Part shown: positions 48,101 to 58,270 of the stretch, piece by piece
Layout of the letters: every line of letters starts with the position of its first letter
Position numbering within the stretch: the first letter of the stretch is position 1
Source of the DNA: Acidobacteriota bacterium
GTDB taxonomy: Bacteria; Acidobacteriota; CAIWXX01
Direction of reading: 5' to 3'
Length of the DNA stretch: 64,000 nt
Assembly: GCA_040755995.1 (NCBI GenBank)
Contig: JBFMAF010000055.1
Coordinates: forward strand, 32,001 to 96,000
Program-made: the position numbers and the translations under genes
The notes under the pieces: model-generated
The model's input: the letters and a program-made list of their open reading frames with translations, nothing else
Databases searched by the model: none
What the model was told of the DNA's origin: nothing

Positions 48101-48221
48101 CGACATCAGGCAGGTTGTTGATCGGCAGCTTGTGATAGCTGATCAGTCCGAACAGGAGGATCCCAATCATGACCAGTGTGGTCATGACAGGACGCCGTAT
48201 CCAGATCTCAGAGAGGTTCAC
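45105..48221 (-). CDS. RND efflux permease (AcrB/MdtBC-like)
   Basis: GFVVDDAIVVLENI, GIVKKNGIMMVDFA, RFRPIMMTT; 1038 aa. Confidence 0.95.
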   Translation of the reverse strand: MNLSEIWIRRPVMTTLVMIGILLFGLISYHKLPINNLPDVEFPTIQVSAALPGASPETMAATVATPLEKQFSSIAGIESMISTSTLGSAQIVLQFSLDRSIDAAALDVSSALNAAMGVLPRNLPNPPVFQKVNPADMPIMFVALYSDTLPVTEMYDYAENVMLPNLATINGVGLADAVPRQKYAVRVQVDPQVLANRGIGINQVSAAIQNGNVNMPGGTLDGPRTAYTMESNGQLYNAKAFESLIVTYQHGYPVRIKDLGRAIDGLEFDRAQAVYLEGGAERRLVVLRIRKLTGSNTVQVTDRVKAVLPRLEATMPSEMKMDVLYDQSLFIKESIYDVQFTMVLTILLVVAVIFLFVRALKPTIIPSVTVPLSLIATFTIMSLCGYSLNNLSMMALILAIGFVVDDAIVVLENIIRRMEGGETALEASLRGSREIGFTVLSMTLSLVVVFVPILFMGGILGRLFREFAVSIAAAILISGFLSLTLTPMMASRLLRHGETARSRGRLYELSERAFNGSLRLYERGLRAVMRHRRIALAFTVLVTIEMVHLFGIIPKGFIPNQDQNFFRIFSQAQDKTSYQDMVRHVEQVDSILMVDPDLSKAKVGSLAGFSGDNTQLVFVSLLPRNMREHSVDEIIDRLRPKLAEVPGLTMSLVNPPIVTIGSRLASAQWQYTLQSTDIDALYKYSALMEEKIRGVQSLTDVRSDLQLRKPMIEIEVDRDKASALGLTLKDVQEAFYSGYGQRQISTIYTSSNYYYVILEMLPEYREHPPALSMLYVQSPRGDLVPISTVAKIRETVAPLAVNHSGQIPAATVSFNLKPGFSIGDAIAEVNKLAKENLPQSIQTGFQGSAQAFQSSFASMGFLLIITVILIYMVLGVLYESYIHPLTILTALPLAGFGALGALHLFGMELDMYAYVGIILLVGIVKKNGIMMVDFALEAERTHGWVPERSIVEACLIRFRPIMMTTMAALFGSLPIAVGYGAGGEARQPLGVAVVGGLLFSQMLTLFVTPVFYVYFDRLNRWLGERRRKGAPQVNEAGV

Positions 48222-48229
48222 AGCGAAGA

Positions 48230-48257
48230 CAGTTGTCGGTTGTCAGTTGGCAGTTGA
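48230..48257. repeat. Heptamer tandem repeat (CAGTTGN x4)
   Basis: cagttgt cggttgt cagttgg cagttga. Confidence 0.7.
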
Positions 48258-48346
48258 CGGTGGCCTGGGAGTGCGAACAAACATGAACACATATCAGCAT
48301 CACCCAGCGACCTGCTTGTTCGCCCGGTTCGGAGTCTTCATCACGA

Positions 48347-49468
48347 TCACTTCGCGGACTGCGGCGTCGAGGCGCCGTCGGAGGCAGTCTTGATCTGCAC
48401 CTTGGACCCGTTCTGCAGGCGGTTCTGGCCGTCGGTGACCACTGTCTCGCCGGCGCCCAGGCCGCTGGCCACAACAGTCTCGCCGCCCAGGCTCTGATCG
48501 GACGCGATCATGCGCATCTGAGCCGTGAGGTCAGGTCCAACGACGAACACATATTGCCCCTTCTGCCCCATCAGCACTGCCTGGGAGGGCACGACGATGG
48601 CATCCTTGTGCATGGTAAGTGCCATCTGGACAGTGACAAACTGGCCGGGCCAGAGGAAGGAGTCCTCGTTCGGGAATTCGGCCTTGAGCATGATCATGCC
48701 GGTGTTCGTGTCGACTGCATTGTCGACGAACGTGACCGCGCCTGCTCGAGCGGCTCCTGCGAGTCCCGCCGGCGCCGCTGTCACACGCAAGGTCCCCTCG
48801 CGCAGGTATTTCCTGACATCAGGCAGGTGCTTCTCTGGTATGGAGAATTCTACAAAGATCGGCCTGATCTGGTTGACCACGACCAGTTCCGTCTTGTTGG
48901 CCTCGACTAAAGCTCCCTCCCGCACAAGGTATCTCCCGGTGCGGGCGAGGATCGGCGCCGTGATGTAGCAGTAGGACAGATCCAGTCGCGCCTGCTCCAC
49001 CTCTGCCTCGTCGGCGCGAATCGTCTCATCGTGGGCCGTGGCCTCCGTGCGGGCCTTGTCATAGTCGGATTGAGAGACGGCCCCCTTCTCGAATAAAAAC
49101 TTGTACCGGTCCGCCTCCGCCTTCTTGAACTCGAGCGCCGCCTTGTCGCGCGTGAGACGCGCCTCGGCCTCGCGCAACGCCTCCTTGTACGGCGCAGGGT
49201 CGATCGTAACGAGGGGCGCGCCCTTCTCAACATCCTGGCCTTCCCGGTAGTGGATTTCGAGCAGCTCTCCGGGCACGCGCGACAGGATGGTGACGGAATT
49301 GTAGGCCTCGACGGTGCCCACCGCTTCGACGGCGAGCGGCACGGTCTTCTTCACGGCCTGTGCAACCGTCACCGGCACTTCATTCGGTTTCGGCGCGACC
49401 TTCGCGCCCTTGCAGCCTCCGAGCGCAAGGCTGGTTGATATCGCAGTCAGCCACACGCACTTCCTCAT
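48347..49468 (-). CDS. RND membrane fusion lipoprotein (MdtA-like)
   Basis: Lipobox LGGC, EGQDVEKG, ITAPI, LWPGQFV. Confidence 0.92.
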   Translation of the reverse strand: MRKCVWLTAISTSLALGGCKGAKVAPKPNEVPVTVAQAVKKTVPLAVEAVGTVEAYNSVTILSRVPGELLEIHYREGQDVEKGAPLVTIDPAPYKEALREAEARLTRDKAALEFKKAEADRYKFLFEKGAVSQSDYDKARTEATAHDETIRADEAEVEQARLDLSYCYITAPILARTGRYLVREGALVEANKTELVVVNQIRPIFVEFSIPEKHLPDVRKYLREGTLRVTAAPAGLAGAARAGAVTFVDNAVDTNTGMIMLKAEFPNEDSFLWPGQFVTVQMALTMHKDAIVVPSQAVLMGQKGQYVFVVGPDLTAQMRMIASDQSLGGETVVASGLGAGETVVTDGQNRLQNGSKVQIKTASDGASTPQSAK

Positions 49469-49503
49469 TGTCGACGCAGCGTGACCGGCTGCCACGAACC
49501 CAT

Positions 49504-49546
49504 TCACCGCGTCGCCGTGTCTCGGCGTCTCCGCGTATGCCGCGTG
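49504..49546. repeat. Octamer tandem repeat (about 5 units)
   Basis: tca ccgcgtcg ccgtgtct cggcgtct ccgcgtat g ccgcgtg. Confidence 0.7.
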
Positions 49547-49616
49547 AAAGAAACGGAGTATGTGACTCATGCACGTCTGCAACAAAGCCCGGTGGCTCCT
49601 CATCATCTGCCGCTCC

Positions 49617-50954
49617 TCACCTCTTCGCCATCGCCTTCTCGATCACCGCCTGAACGACCTTGTAGCCGTGCAGTGCTCTCGCCCGCACCACATTCGCTCT
49701 GCTCATCGACGCGATGGCGTCGCTGACTTCCACCGGGTCGCCCACGCCAGCCTCGTATCGCCGGTTGGCCAGGTCCAGGTTCTCCGTTGCCAAACGCACC
49801 TGGACCTCCGCGTTCGCGATCGCCTCCTCCGCCAGTTGCAGGTTCAGAAATGATTGCTCGATTTCGCGCCGGATCTCGAGGCGCAGCGAGTCGATCCTCG
49901 ATCGCTCCGCGCTCAGAACCGCCACCGCCTGGTCGACCCTGCGGCTCGTGGCGAAGCCGCTGAACAGATTCACGCTCATGGTCAGCCCGAGGCTCCATCC
50001 GTTGTCGAGCGGGAACTCGATACCGTCGAAGCGGTAGGCGCCGAGCGCCGAGAAGGCGGGGTAGAAGCCGGTCTTCGCCAGACTGACCGACGCCTGGGCG
50101 GCCTTCTGTCTCGCAATCAGACTCAGCAGATCCGGCCGGTGTTCCAACGCATGCTGCATCGCAGCGTCCAGCATGACGTCGTACTTGACGAAGTCGAGGC
50201 CGTCCACGAGCGCGTATTCGGCGGAGCTGCCGATGCCCATGGCGTTGTTGAGCGCAATCCATGCGAGCTTCACGCTGTTCTCCGATTCGATCAGCTTCAG
50301 TCTCTCGTCGCTCAGATCGAGCTCCGCCTTCGTCACATCGTACCGGGGCTTCGTGCCGGCCTCGAAGAAGTCGCGGGCCTGCTGGAGATGTTTCTCGTAT
50401 GCTCTCACGGTGTCAGCATTTGCATCCCGCACGCTGAGCGCCCTGAGGACATCGTAGTAGGCAACTCTGGCCCGGAAGGTGATGGAGTCCGCGGCGGAGT
50501 CATAGTCGAGGCGGGAGGAGTCGAGGCCCAGCTCCTCCACGCGAACCGACCCGCTGGTTTTTCCGAAATCGTAGAGTGTCTGCTGGAGGATGATCGAGGC
50601 TGACTTGTCGTCTCCATCCTTGATTGTAGAATAGGGCAATCCCGCCGGATTGCGACTGTGAATGTCGACTGCCTGGTCCTTTCTGTACCCTGCGCTGAGA
50701 TCGATGGATGGGTAGTAGCCGGCCTTGGCCTCGCCGACCCTGGCAGCGGCGTAATCGACTGCGCTGCGGAATACCTGCAGCTCGGGATGGGTGGCCAGAG
50801 CGATCTCCACGCAGCGCCGGACGCTCAAGCTCTCGCCCGGCTCGATTGTCAACGCCTCCGCCGGCGCAACGGCGAAGAGCGCCGGAACGGCGAGCGCGAT
50901 CATCATGCCCCGGGTCGAAACCATCGTGCTATTCTTTCGACAAGCGTCGCGCAT
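49617..50954 (-). CDS. TolC family outer membrane efflux protein; start uncertain
   Basis: ALATHPEL, LYDFG, ALEHRPDL, RYEAG; first gene of the efflux operon. Confidence 0.9.
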   Translation of the reverse strand: MRDACRKNSTMVSTRGMMIALAVPALFAVAPAEALTIEPGESLSVRRCVEIALATHPELQVFRSAVDYAAARVGEAKAGYYPSIDLSAGYRKDQAVDIHSRNPAGLPYSTIKDGDDKSASIILQQTLYDFGKTSGSVRVEELGLDSSRLDYDSAADSITFRARVAYYDVLRALSVRDANADTVRAYEKHLQQARDFFEAGTKPRYDVTKAELDLSDERLKLIESENSVKLAWIALNNAMGIGSSAEYALVDGLDFVKYDVMLDAAMQHALEHRPDLLSLIARQKAAQASVSLAKTGFYPAFSALGAYRFDGIEFPLDNGWSLGLTMSVNLFSGFATSRRVDQAVAVLSAERSRIDSLRLEIRREIEQSFLNLQLAEEAIANAEVQVRLATENLDLANRRYEAGVGDPVEVSDAIASMSRANVVRARALHGYKVVQAVIEKAMAKR

Positions 50955-51123
50955 TGTCAAGCCGCGAGTCCGAACCTGCGAACTCAGGCCTGAAGCTGAA
51001 GCGCGTGCCCATCTGTTGAGGGCTCGGGCCGAGCTGTATACAATGTCGCCGCTCGGCACGCGGCGCCTGGCTCCTGGCGGAGCCAGGGGCTGATGGACCG
51101 GCGGGCGATTAGGCGGAGGAGAC

Positions 51124-52356
51124 ATGCTCGTTCTCGACCTGGTTCAGACGGTGGCATTCGCGGGGGTCGTGTTGTTCGCCGGCTATGGCATCCGGCGCGC
51201 GATCCCGGTGTTGTCTCGCTACAACATCCCGGCTCCGGTGGTGGGCGGCCTGCTGGTGGCCACCGCCGCTCTGATCGCGAGGTGGCGCGGCCTCACGCTC
51301 GTCCAGTTCGACACGACTCTCCAGGCGCCGCTCATGATCGCGTTCTTCACGACTATCGGTTTCGGCGCGAGCCTGGCGCTGCTCAGGGTCGGCGGGCCTG
51401 CCGTGTTCCTCTTCTTCTTCGCTTCGACCGTCGCAGCTCTGATGCAGAACGGGCTGGGCGCAGCTGTCGCGGCGATTCTCGGTCAACACCCGCTGCTCGG
51501 CGTCCTCGCGGGGTCGGTAACGCTGACGGGCGGGCCCGCCACTGGGCTCGCCTTCGCAGCGGAGTTCGAGGCTGCCGGTGTCACCGGCGCTGCCACTGTA
51601 GCCGTAGCCGCGCCCCTGGTAGGGATCGTGTCAGGTGGTCTGCTCGGGGGTCCGATCGCGACATACCTGATCGATCGGCATCGGTTGAGGCGTCAGACGA
51701 GTGTTCGATCCGAGCACAAGATGCCTGTGGCGATGAACCTGGTGGAGGCACAGCTCAAGGAGCCTGTCACGGCAGTGCCGTCGGGCGAGGACGTCGAATC
51801 CTATGTGATGCTGAAGAACCTCGTCGCCATCCTCGTGGCGATGTGGCTCGGGGGGTGGTTGAGCGGCTGGTTCAAGAGCCTGGGGGCGACGCTTCCTGCA
51901 TATATCGGCGCGATGCTCGTCGCGGCCGCCGTCCGCAACCTGGACGACCTGACCGGGTGGATTGGATTGTCGCAACGAATCATCGATGATCTGGGCACGG
52001 TTTCCCTCTCCCTGTTCCTCGTCCTCGCACTGATGACGCTGCGGCTCTGGGAGATCGCGGGCCTGGCTTTGCCGCTCGCCGTCATCCTCGCCGCGCAGGT
52101 GCTGCTCATTGCCGTGCTGTGCCTCTGGCCGATCTACCGGCTGATGGGTCGCGACTACGAGGCCGCGGTCATGTCGTCCGGCTTCTGCGGATTCATGCTG
52201 GGCACTACAGCCAACTCGATGGCCAACATGGAGACGCTGGTCGAGCGGTACGGGCCGGCGCCGAAGGCGTTTCTTGTCGTGCCGATGGTCGGGGCCTTCT
52301 TCATCGATTTCACAAACGCCCTCATTATCACGCTTTTTCTCAACCTCTGGCGCTGA
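51124..52356 (+). CDS. gltS: Sodium/glutamate symporter
   Basis: YNIPAPVVGG, AFFTTIGF, LTGGPATG, FLVVPMVGAFFID. Confidence 0.92.
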   Translation: MLVLDLVQTVAFAGVVLFAGYGIRRAIPVLSRYNIPAPVVGGLLVATAALIARWRGLTLVQFDTTLQAPLMIAFFTTIGFGASLALLRVGGPAVFLFFFASTVAALMQNGLGAAVAAILGQHPLLGVLAGSVTLTGGPATGLAFAAEFEAAGVTGAATVAVAAPLVGIVSGGLLGGPIATYLIDRHRLRRQTSVRSEHKMPVAMNLVEAQLKEPVTAVPSGEDVESYVMLKNLVAILVAMWLGGWLSGWFKSLGATLPAYIGAMLVAAAVRNLDDLTGWIGLSQRIIDDLGTVSLSLFLVLALMTLRLWEIAGLALPLAVILAAQVLLIAVLCLWPIYRLMGRDYEAAVMSSGFCGFMLGTTANSMANMETLVERYGPAPKAFLVVPMVGAFFIDFTNALIITLFLNLWR

Positions 52357-52466
52357 GCTGGCCGGGGGCCGACATTCGACCCCCGCGTCACCCGCTCCGA
52401 CGGGAAGCGCGGGCAGCTCAACGCTGGGAACTGTGCTGCGTGGATGCTGGCAGTCGCCCGGCGTGA

Positions 52467-53801
52467 TCACTGCTGAGGGGTAGACGCCGAGGCCGCCGGT
52501 TGGGCTATCGGCTCTGCCGGCTCACCGATCGGCTGCATGCTCTCCTTCTTCCATCGCATCGCCGTGAGGATGCGGGTGTGGCCGCTCGGGTGGTCGTAGA
52601 AGATGAACTCCTCGATCGGGCCCGGTCTCAGCTTTCTGTACTCTCCCAATTTCAGAGCCACCTCGGCGGCGGCATCGGGCTGCCGGGCAAGATTCAGCGC
52701 GAAGACGTCGGCCTCCACTTCGCCAACTCGGATGTACGTGTTGTTGACCGGGGTGAGAACGAAAAAGAAGATCGAAAAGATGAAGAAGAAGAGAGGCATC
52801 CCGGCGACATCCCCGATGCCGCTCACCTTCCACGCTGCGCCCCACTTGCCAACCGCCCAGTTGAAAGCCCATCGGACGAATGCAAATCCGACAACGATGA
52901 CTATGGAGAAGTAGAGGATCCCCTTGTAGATATGGTTCATGACGTAATGTCCCATCTCATGAGCCATGACGTGTTCGATCTCGGGAAGCGTACAGCGATT
53001 CAGCAGGTTGTCATTCAGGGCGATCCGCTCGGTTCCGAGGAACCCACTGACGTTGGCGGAGACACGCTTCGTCTGTTTGGACGCGTCGAACATCATGACG
53101 TCGGAGACTGTGATCATGTTCATGCGCGCCATCCTCAGAATCGGCTCACTGATGGCAGGCTTGTCGAGAGGCTTGTACTCGTTGAACAGGGGGTCGATGA
53201 AGACCGGTCCAACGAGCAACAGGAGGATCAGGATCGCCACTCCCACCACCGAACCCCATATCCACCACGTCTGTGTGAGTTTGCGGAAGATGCCGTACAG
53301 AATGGGCATGGCAATGAGACCCACGATCACGCCGACCAGATCGCCTTTCATCTCATCACCCAGCCAGCCCGCGAACGTTTGATTGCTGAGCCCGTACTTG
53401 TGCTCTCGAAAGAAGCCTGTGTAAAGCGACCAGGGAAAGAAAACGGCTGTGCTTATCAGGAAGTAGCCCAGCCAGTAGATCATCGTCTGCAGAGGCTTGC
53501 GGCGCGTGATACGTTCAGCGAAATCCCTCAGTCCAGCCGAGATTCGGGAGGCAAGCAGCAGGAATGCGAATGCCGCGCCGAGCAGGAATTCCCACAGCTG
53601 AATCCAGTATCCGCCCTCGAAGTAGGCATCGCTCCTGGCCTTCTGATCCGTCGTCTGTTTCGCCAGGAACGCTTCGGTCGCCGCGACCGGGTCGGATTCG
53701 CCAGAGGCGGGGACGGCCGCCTCCTGCGCCGCAACCACCGCGGCCATGGAACACAAGATACACGCAGCGATTGCTGCGGCCAACCGCGTCTTCTTGGCCA
53801 T
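52467..53801 (-). CDS. M48 (Ste24-like) membrane metallopeptidase
   Basis: AHEMGH, EVEADVFA, YDHPS. Confidence 0.92.
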   Translation of the reverse strand: MAKKTRLAAAIAACILCSMAAVVAAQEAAVPASGESDPVAATEAFLAKQTTDQKARSDAYFEGGYWIQLWEFLLGAAFAFLLLASRISAGLRDFAERITRRKPLQTMIYWLGYFLISTAVFFPWSLYTGFFREHKYGLSNQTFAGWLGDEMKGDLVGVIVGLIAMPILYGIFRKLTQTWWIWGSVVGVAILILLLLVGPVFIDPLFNEYKPLDKPAISEPILRMARMNMITVSDVMMFDASKQTKRVSANVSGFLGTERIALNDNLLNRCTLPEIEHVMAHEMGHYVMNHIYKGILYFSIVIVVGFAFVRWAFNWAVGKWGAAWKVSGIGDVAGMPLFFFIFSIFFFVLTPVNNTYIRVGEVEADVFALNLARQPDAAAEVALKLGEYRKLRPGPIEEFIFYDHPSGHTRILTAMRWKKESMQPIGEPAEPIAQPAASASTPQQ

Positions 53802-54006
53802 GACTTCTTCTCCCTTTATGAAGCCTGTCAATACTCAGTTCACAATACGTGACAGTCCCACGAATAGTTCTTCCATGGTGCGGCTGGGGCAGGTCGAGCA
53901 GTCGGTGCGCGGCAGAAGACACTTCGACCGGTCGAGCATCCCAGAGGAGCGTGCCGCCGGCCAGCGCCTCTTCAGCCGGGCCGGCGGCAGGAGATCGCGG
54001 CGGAGC

Positions 54007-56160
54007 CTACTTGGCCTGGGGGTCGGCCGTGGCTGTCGCGGGCAACAAACCCCGGCGCTTCAGCAGCGGCTCGATCTTGGGATCCGCGCCGCGGAACTTC
54101 CGGTAGAGGGCTGCGGCGTCGTCGGTGCCGCTCTTGGCGAGAACGTTCGTTCGGAACGCCTGCGCGGTTGCGCGATCGAAGAGCCCTTTCTCTTTGAACG
54201 CCTCGAAGGCATCGGCGTCGAGGACCTCCGCCCAGACGTAGCTGTAGTAGCCGGCGGCATACCCCCCGATGATGTGCTGGAAGTATGGGCAGCGGTACCG
54301 CGGCAGGATCTCCCGAATCAAGCCGATCCGCTTCATGGACTCGGACTCAAACGCGTTGAGGTCGGCCTGCACCGGCACGGTGACAGTGTGCAGATCCATG
54401 TCCAGGATGCATGCCGCGAGGTATTCCACCGTCTCGAACCCCTGGTTGAACTGCTTACTCTTCTTGAGCTTCTCGACCAGATCCTGCGGGATGGTCTCAC
54501 CCGTCTTGTAGTGTTTTGCATAGAGCTTGAGCATCTCTGGCTCCAGCGCCCAGTTCTCCATGATCTGCGACGGCAGTTCCACCGAGTCCAGCGACTCGGC
54601 CCGGTAGCGATAATCGCAATTCGAGAACAGGCTGTTCAACGCATGTCCGAACTCGTGGAAGAATGTGTCGACGTCGTCGAGGGTCAGGAGAGACGGCTCG
54701 TCGGAAGTCGGTTTTGAGAAATTTCCGACAAGGGTGGCGATCGGCGTTATGTTCTTCCCGTCGATCCGATACTGGTCTCGGAAGCCCCCCGACCAGGCGC
54801 CGGCTCGTTTCCCGGGCCTCGGGAAGAAATCCATGCACAGGATGCCGATGTGGCGCCCGTCGGCTTCCTGCACCTCGAAGACCTGCACGTCCGGGTGGTA
54901 CTTGGGCATGTCGGTCCTGGGGATGAACTTAATCCCGTACAGCTTCTCGCAGAGGGTGAAGATGCCGTCTCTGACGTTGTTCAGCATGAAATATGGACGC
55001 AGCACCGAGTCATCGAACTCGTACCTGGCCTTCTTGAGCTTCTCGGCGTAGAACCACCAGTCCCAGGGCTCGATCGCGAAGTCGCCGCCCTCCTTGCGAG
55101 CGAGCGCCTGCAGCTCGGCGGCCTCCCGCCTCGCCATCGGCAACGCGCCGTCCCAAAGCTGCTTCAGGAACCTGTTCACTGCTTCCGGGTTCTTGGCCAT
55201 GTTGGTCTCGAGAGCGTAGGCGGCGTAGTTCGGATAGCCGAGCAGCTTCGAGCTCTCGATCCGGAGGTTGATGATCTTCCGCAGGATCTCCTTGTTGTCC
55301 TTGTCGTCGTCGTGGTTGCAGCGCATGAAGTACGCGGTGTAGAGCTTCTCACGAAGCGGGCGATTCTCCGAGTACTGCAGGAAGGGGATCATGCTGGGCT
55401 TGTGCGTCGTAAAGACCCACTTGCCGTCAAGCTCCGCCTGCTTGGCGTCGTCTAACGCTCCGGCAACCACCGTCGGCGGCAGCCCGGTCAGTTCGGTAGC
55501 GGTGTCGATCGTCAGCCGAAATCCGTTGGTCTCGGCGAGCACGTTGTTGCCGAACTTCACGCGGAGCACCGAGAGCTCCTGGTTGATCTCGCGAAGCCTG
55601 GCCTTCTGCTTCTCGTCCAGCTTGGCGCCTGCGCGCACGAATTCCTTGTAGAGCGATTCGAGCAGAAACCTCTGCTCGGGAGTCAGCGACAACTTCTCCC
55701 GCGCCTGGTACACGGCATCGAGTCGCCTGAAGAGCTTCTCGTTCTGGGCGATGCTGTCGCGATGGGCGGACAACTTCGGCGCGATCTCCTGGGCAATCGC
55801 CTGCATCTCTTCGTTGGTCTCGGCAGAATACAGGCTGAAGAACGTCGCGCTGACTTCGTAAAGGAGCAGCCCGGTCTTGTCCAGACGGTCGAAGGTGTTC
55901 TTGAAATCGGGCTGAGCCGGATCGGCGAGCAAGGCGTCAATCTCCGCCAGCTGCCGCCTCATCCCTTCCTCGAAGGCCGGCATGTAATGCTCGTTCCTGA
56001 TTCGATCGAACGGCGGCGTGTCGAACGGCGTGTTGTACGGCTTGAGAAACGGGTTGTCGGCGGCGCGCGTCTTCTCCTCCGCCGCGAGGCCGACGTGCGG
56101 TACCTGGACGGCCATGAGGATAAGAGCGCACAGCAGCACCGTGGCTGCCTTTGTATCCAT
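54007..56160 (-). CDS. dcp: M3 family peptidase (peptidyl-dipeptidase Dcp-like), exported
   Basis: FHEFGHAL, VELPSQIMENW, GYAAGYYSY; AGGAGG RBS and signal peptide. Confidence 0.9.
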   Translation of the reverse strand: MDTKAATVLLCALILMAVQVPHVGLAAEEKTRAADNPFLKPYNTPFDTPPFDRIRNEHYMPAFEEGMRRQLAEIDALLADPAQPDFKNTFDRLDKTGLLLYEVSATFFSLYSAETNEEMQAIAQEIAPKLSAHRDSIAQNEKLFRRLDAVYQAREKLSLTPEQRFLLESLYKEFVRAGAKLDEKQKARLREINQELSVLRVKFGNNVLAETNGFRLTIDTATELTGLPPTVVAGALDDAKQAELDGKWVFTTHKPSMIPFLQYSENRPLREKLYTAYFMRCNHDDDKDNKEILRKIINLRIESSKLLGYPNYAAYALETNMAKNPEAVNRFLKQLWDGALPMARREAAELQALARKEGGDFAIEPWDWWFYAEKLKKARYEFDDSVLRPYFMLNNVRDGIFTLCEKLYGIKFIPRTDMPKYHPDVQVFEVQEADGRHIGILCMDFFPRPGKRAGAWSGGFRDQYRIDGKNITPIATLVGNFSKPTSDEPSLLTLDDVDTFFHEFGHALNSLFSNCDYRYRAESLDSVELPSQIMENWALEPEMLKLYAKHYKTGETIPQDLVEKLKKSKQFNQGFETVEYLAACILDMDLHTVTVPVQADLNAFESESMKRIGLIREILPRYRCPYFQHIIGGYAAGYYSYVWAEVLDADAFEAFKEKGLFDRATAQAFRTNVLAKSGTDDAAALYRKFRGADPKIEPLLKRRGLLPATATADPQAK

Positions 56161-56377
56161 GATCTGTAACCTCCTGTGATGACGAATCAGTGCATTCCGT
56201 AGGCTATATGGATTCCTGCAGGTATGAACCGGCACCCGACGGTGTCGTCTCGATCGAAGGCACCCGCAGCTTGCTCTGCGCAAGGGCTCGCCGGTCATTC
56301 ATCCCGTCGGACCCGAATCGCTGCAAGACATCCGTCGCATTCTATCAGATCAGTTGCCCGCCGGCGATTCAACGGGC

Positions 56378-56522
56378 AACAACGACAACGACAACCAACC
56401 CCGATCGTTGATTGCGGCAGAGGGCTTGACACACCTGGGGGAGGGCCCGGAGGCCGCACCCGAATCGTACCCGTTCCCGACCCCTCATTCTCGGGTACGC
56501 GAACAGGTACGGGTACGGGCAC
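56378..56522. repeat. Hexamer repeats, partly inverted, in a divergent intergenic region
   Basis: caacaa cgacaa cgacaa; cgtacc cgttcc cgaccc versus gggtac gcgaac aggtac gggtac gggcac. Confidence 0.55.
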
Positions 56523-56854
56523 CGTCAGCACGCATGATCGAGAGGACGTCAACAGCTCAAGGTCGCCCCCCCCAATTCCGTTACGCGCACATCGCGGCAT
56601 CGCGGCGCTATCCCTTGCTGCCGAGTCTACAGCGACGTATACTGACGCGCAGATGTCCAAACGGATCGACCGGGCCGAAGATCTTGCCGAAGGAGGGGAG
56701 GGAGCCGTGCCGGTTTCGGGAGATAGGAGCTGCCGGCGTCGCCAGGCGGGGACGCCGGCTCGCGGAGCCAGACCGGTGTGCTTCTCGACTCCACGTTACT
56801 ACTATCGTAGTAATCTCTCCGATCGGATCGAGTGATGTGCAAGGAGGGTCGACG

Positions 56855-58270
56855 GTGCTGAAAGGTGTTCGACTTGCCCCCATGGGGCTGGTGATCGGAA
56901 TGTGGCTGGGCGGCTGCGCGCCGGCCGGCTCCCAGGAGTCAGATTCCGCCTGGCAACAGGCCCTCGAGTGGGCCGGTGCCCAGGATCTGCTGAAGGAATC
57001 GCTGTTCCCCGAGGCCGGGCCGGCCCCCGTTCTGGAGTCGGGTCAGTATCTGGTCCGCCTGAGCATTCATGACGCGTGGATGGAGTTTCCGGTGGAGATC
57101 GACATTCTTGGGAGCTACCGCGGCGCGCCGGCGCGGCTTGCGTACCGCACGGTGGCGTTGCTGGGGACGCGGGAGCAGCTTGCTTTACAACACCTCGGGC
57201 GGGTGGCCGGAGGCCAGGAGATTCTCTCGTCAGACTGGCTCATCGAGGATCTCTCGTTCGGGGAGAAAGAGAACCCCTCGTTCGACCCGGTCGTCCTGAT
57301 GCACGAACTGACGCAGATCAAGGTGCCGGTCCTGCCCATGGAACCCGGCAGCATCACGGTGGATCCCACCTCCTACATTCTCGAGTTCTACAGCGGCCCG
57401 GGGAGCCCCAGCGTCCGCTGCCTGATCCTGGGCGGTCTCTTCCACCGCGAAGAACTGATCATCAAGGATGGTGCGGGCGGGCATCCTGACCCGTTCGTCA
57501 GCTGGCTTCAGAGGCTCTACGTTCGGCTCCACAGCGAGTGGAAGAAACGGATGTCGGAGGCCGGCTACAGGCAGCTACTCGACAGAATCGACCTGAAGAG
57601 GGATGGGGCGATGTGGTTTGGCGGTGCATGTGTGGAGCGCTGGTCGGGCTTCACCCATGCGCTCCTCCGTGCCGGACTGGACCTCAACCGGCCGGGGCCC
57701 GACGGCGTGCCGCCGCTGGTGGCGGCAGCCGGGTCGGGAGACACGTCTCTGCTGCTGCGATTTCTGTCGGGCGGGGTCTCTCCGAATGTCACGGCCACCT
57801 CCGGGGAGACGCCGCTGATGCGGGCGGCGAGATCAGGGTCGTTCGCCATGGTCAAGATGCTCCTTGCCAACGGCGCGCGTCTTCACGCGCAGACCGCCGC
57901 CGGCGGGTACTCTGAAACCGCTCTTGATTGCGCCGTGGAGTCCGGCTCAGTCGACCTCGTGCGCTTTCTGCTCGAGCGCGGCGCCAGGCAGGCGAAGGGC
58001 GACGTCGAAACACCTCCGCTCTTGTTCTGGGCGATCAATCACGACGACCCTGCTCTGCTGGCGCTTCTGGTGGAGTACGGTTGGAGTGTGCACCAGGCAT
58101 ATCGCGGCTTGACGCCGCTGGCGCATGCCGTGGAAGGCAGCAGACTCAAGGCTGTGCGCCTTCTGCTGGACCGCGGGGCTCGAGTGGACGCGAAAGATAT
58201 GAGCAAAGCCGTCGAGCGCGGTGATGACGAGCTCGTGACTCTGCTCAAGAGGGCGTTGCAGAAGAAGTGA
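56855..58270 (+). CDS. Ankyrin-repeat lipoprotein
   Basis: AAGGAGG RBS, lipobox LGGC, GETPLMRAA, GLTPLAHAV. Confidence 0.8.
   Translation: MLKGVRLAPMGLVIGMWLGGCAPAGSQESDSAWQQALEWAGAQDLLKESLFPEAGPAPVLESGQYLVRLSIHDAWMEFPVEIDILGSYRGAPARLAYRTVALLGTREQLALQHLGRVAGGQEILSSDWLIEDLSFGEKENPSFDPVVLMHELTQIKVPVLPMEPGSITVDPTSYILEFYSGPGSPSVRCLILGGLFHREELIIKDGAGGHPDPFVSWLQRLYVRLHSEWKKRMSEAGYRQLLDRIDLKRDGAMWFGGACVERWSGFTHALLRAGLDLNRPGPDGVPPLVAAAGSGDTSLLLRFLSGGVSPNVTATSGETPLMRAARSGSFAMVKMLLANGARLHAQTAAGGYSETALDCAVESGSVDLVRFLLERGARQAKGDVETPPLLFWAINHDDPALLALLVEYGWSVHQAYRGLTPLAHAVEGSRLKAVRLLLDRGARVDAKDMSKAVERGDDELVTLLKRALQKK

Noticed and set aside
56354..56854. N-terminal extensions in the ORF track (also 26570-26926, 49469-49606, 18360-18602)
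   Set aside because: They translate intergenic or repeat DNA; downstream starts have an RBS and/or signal peptide
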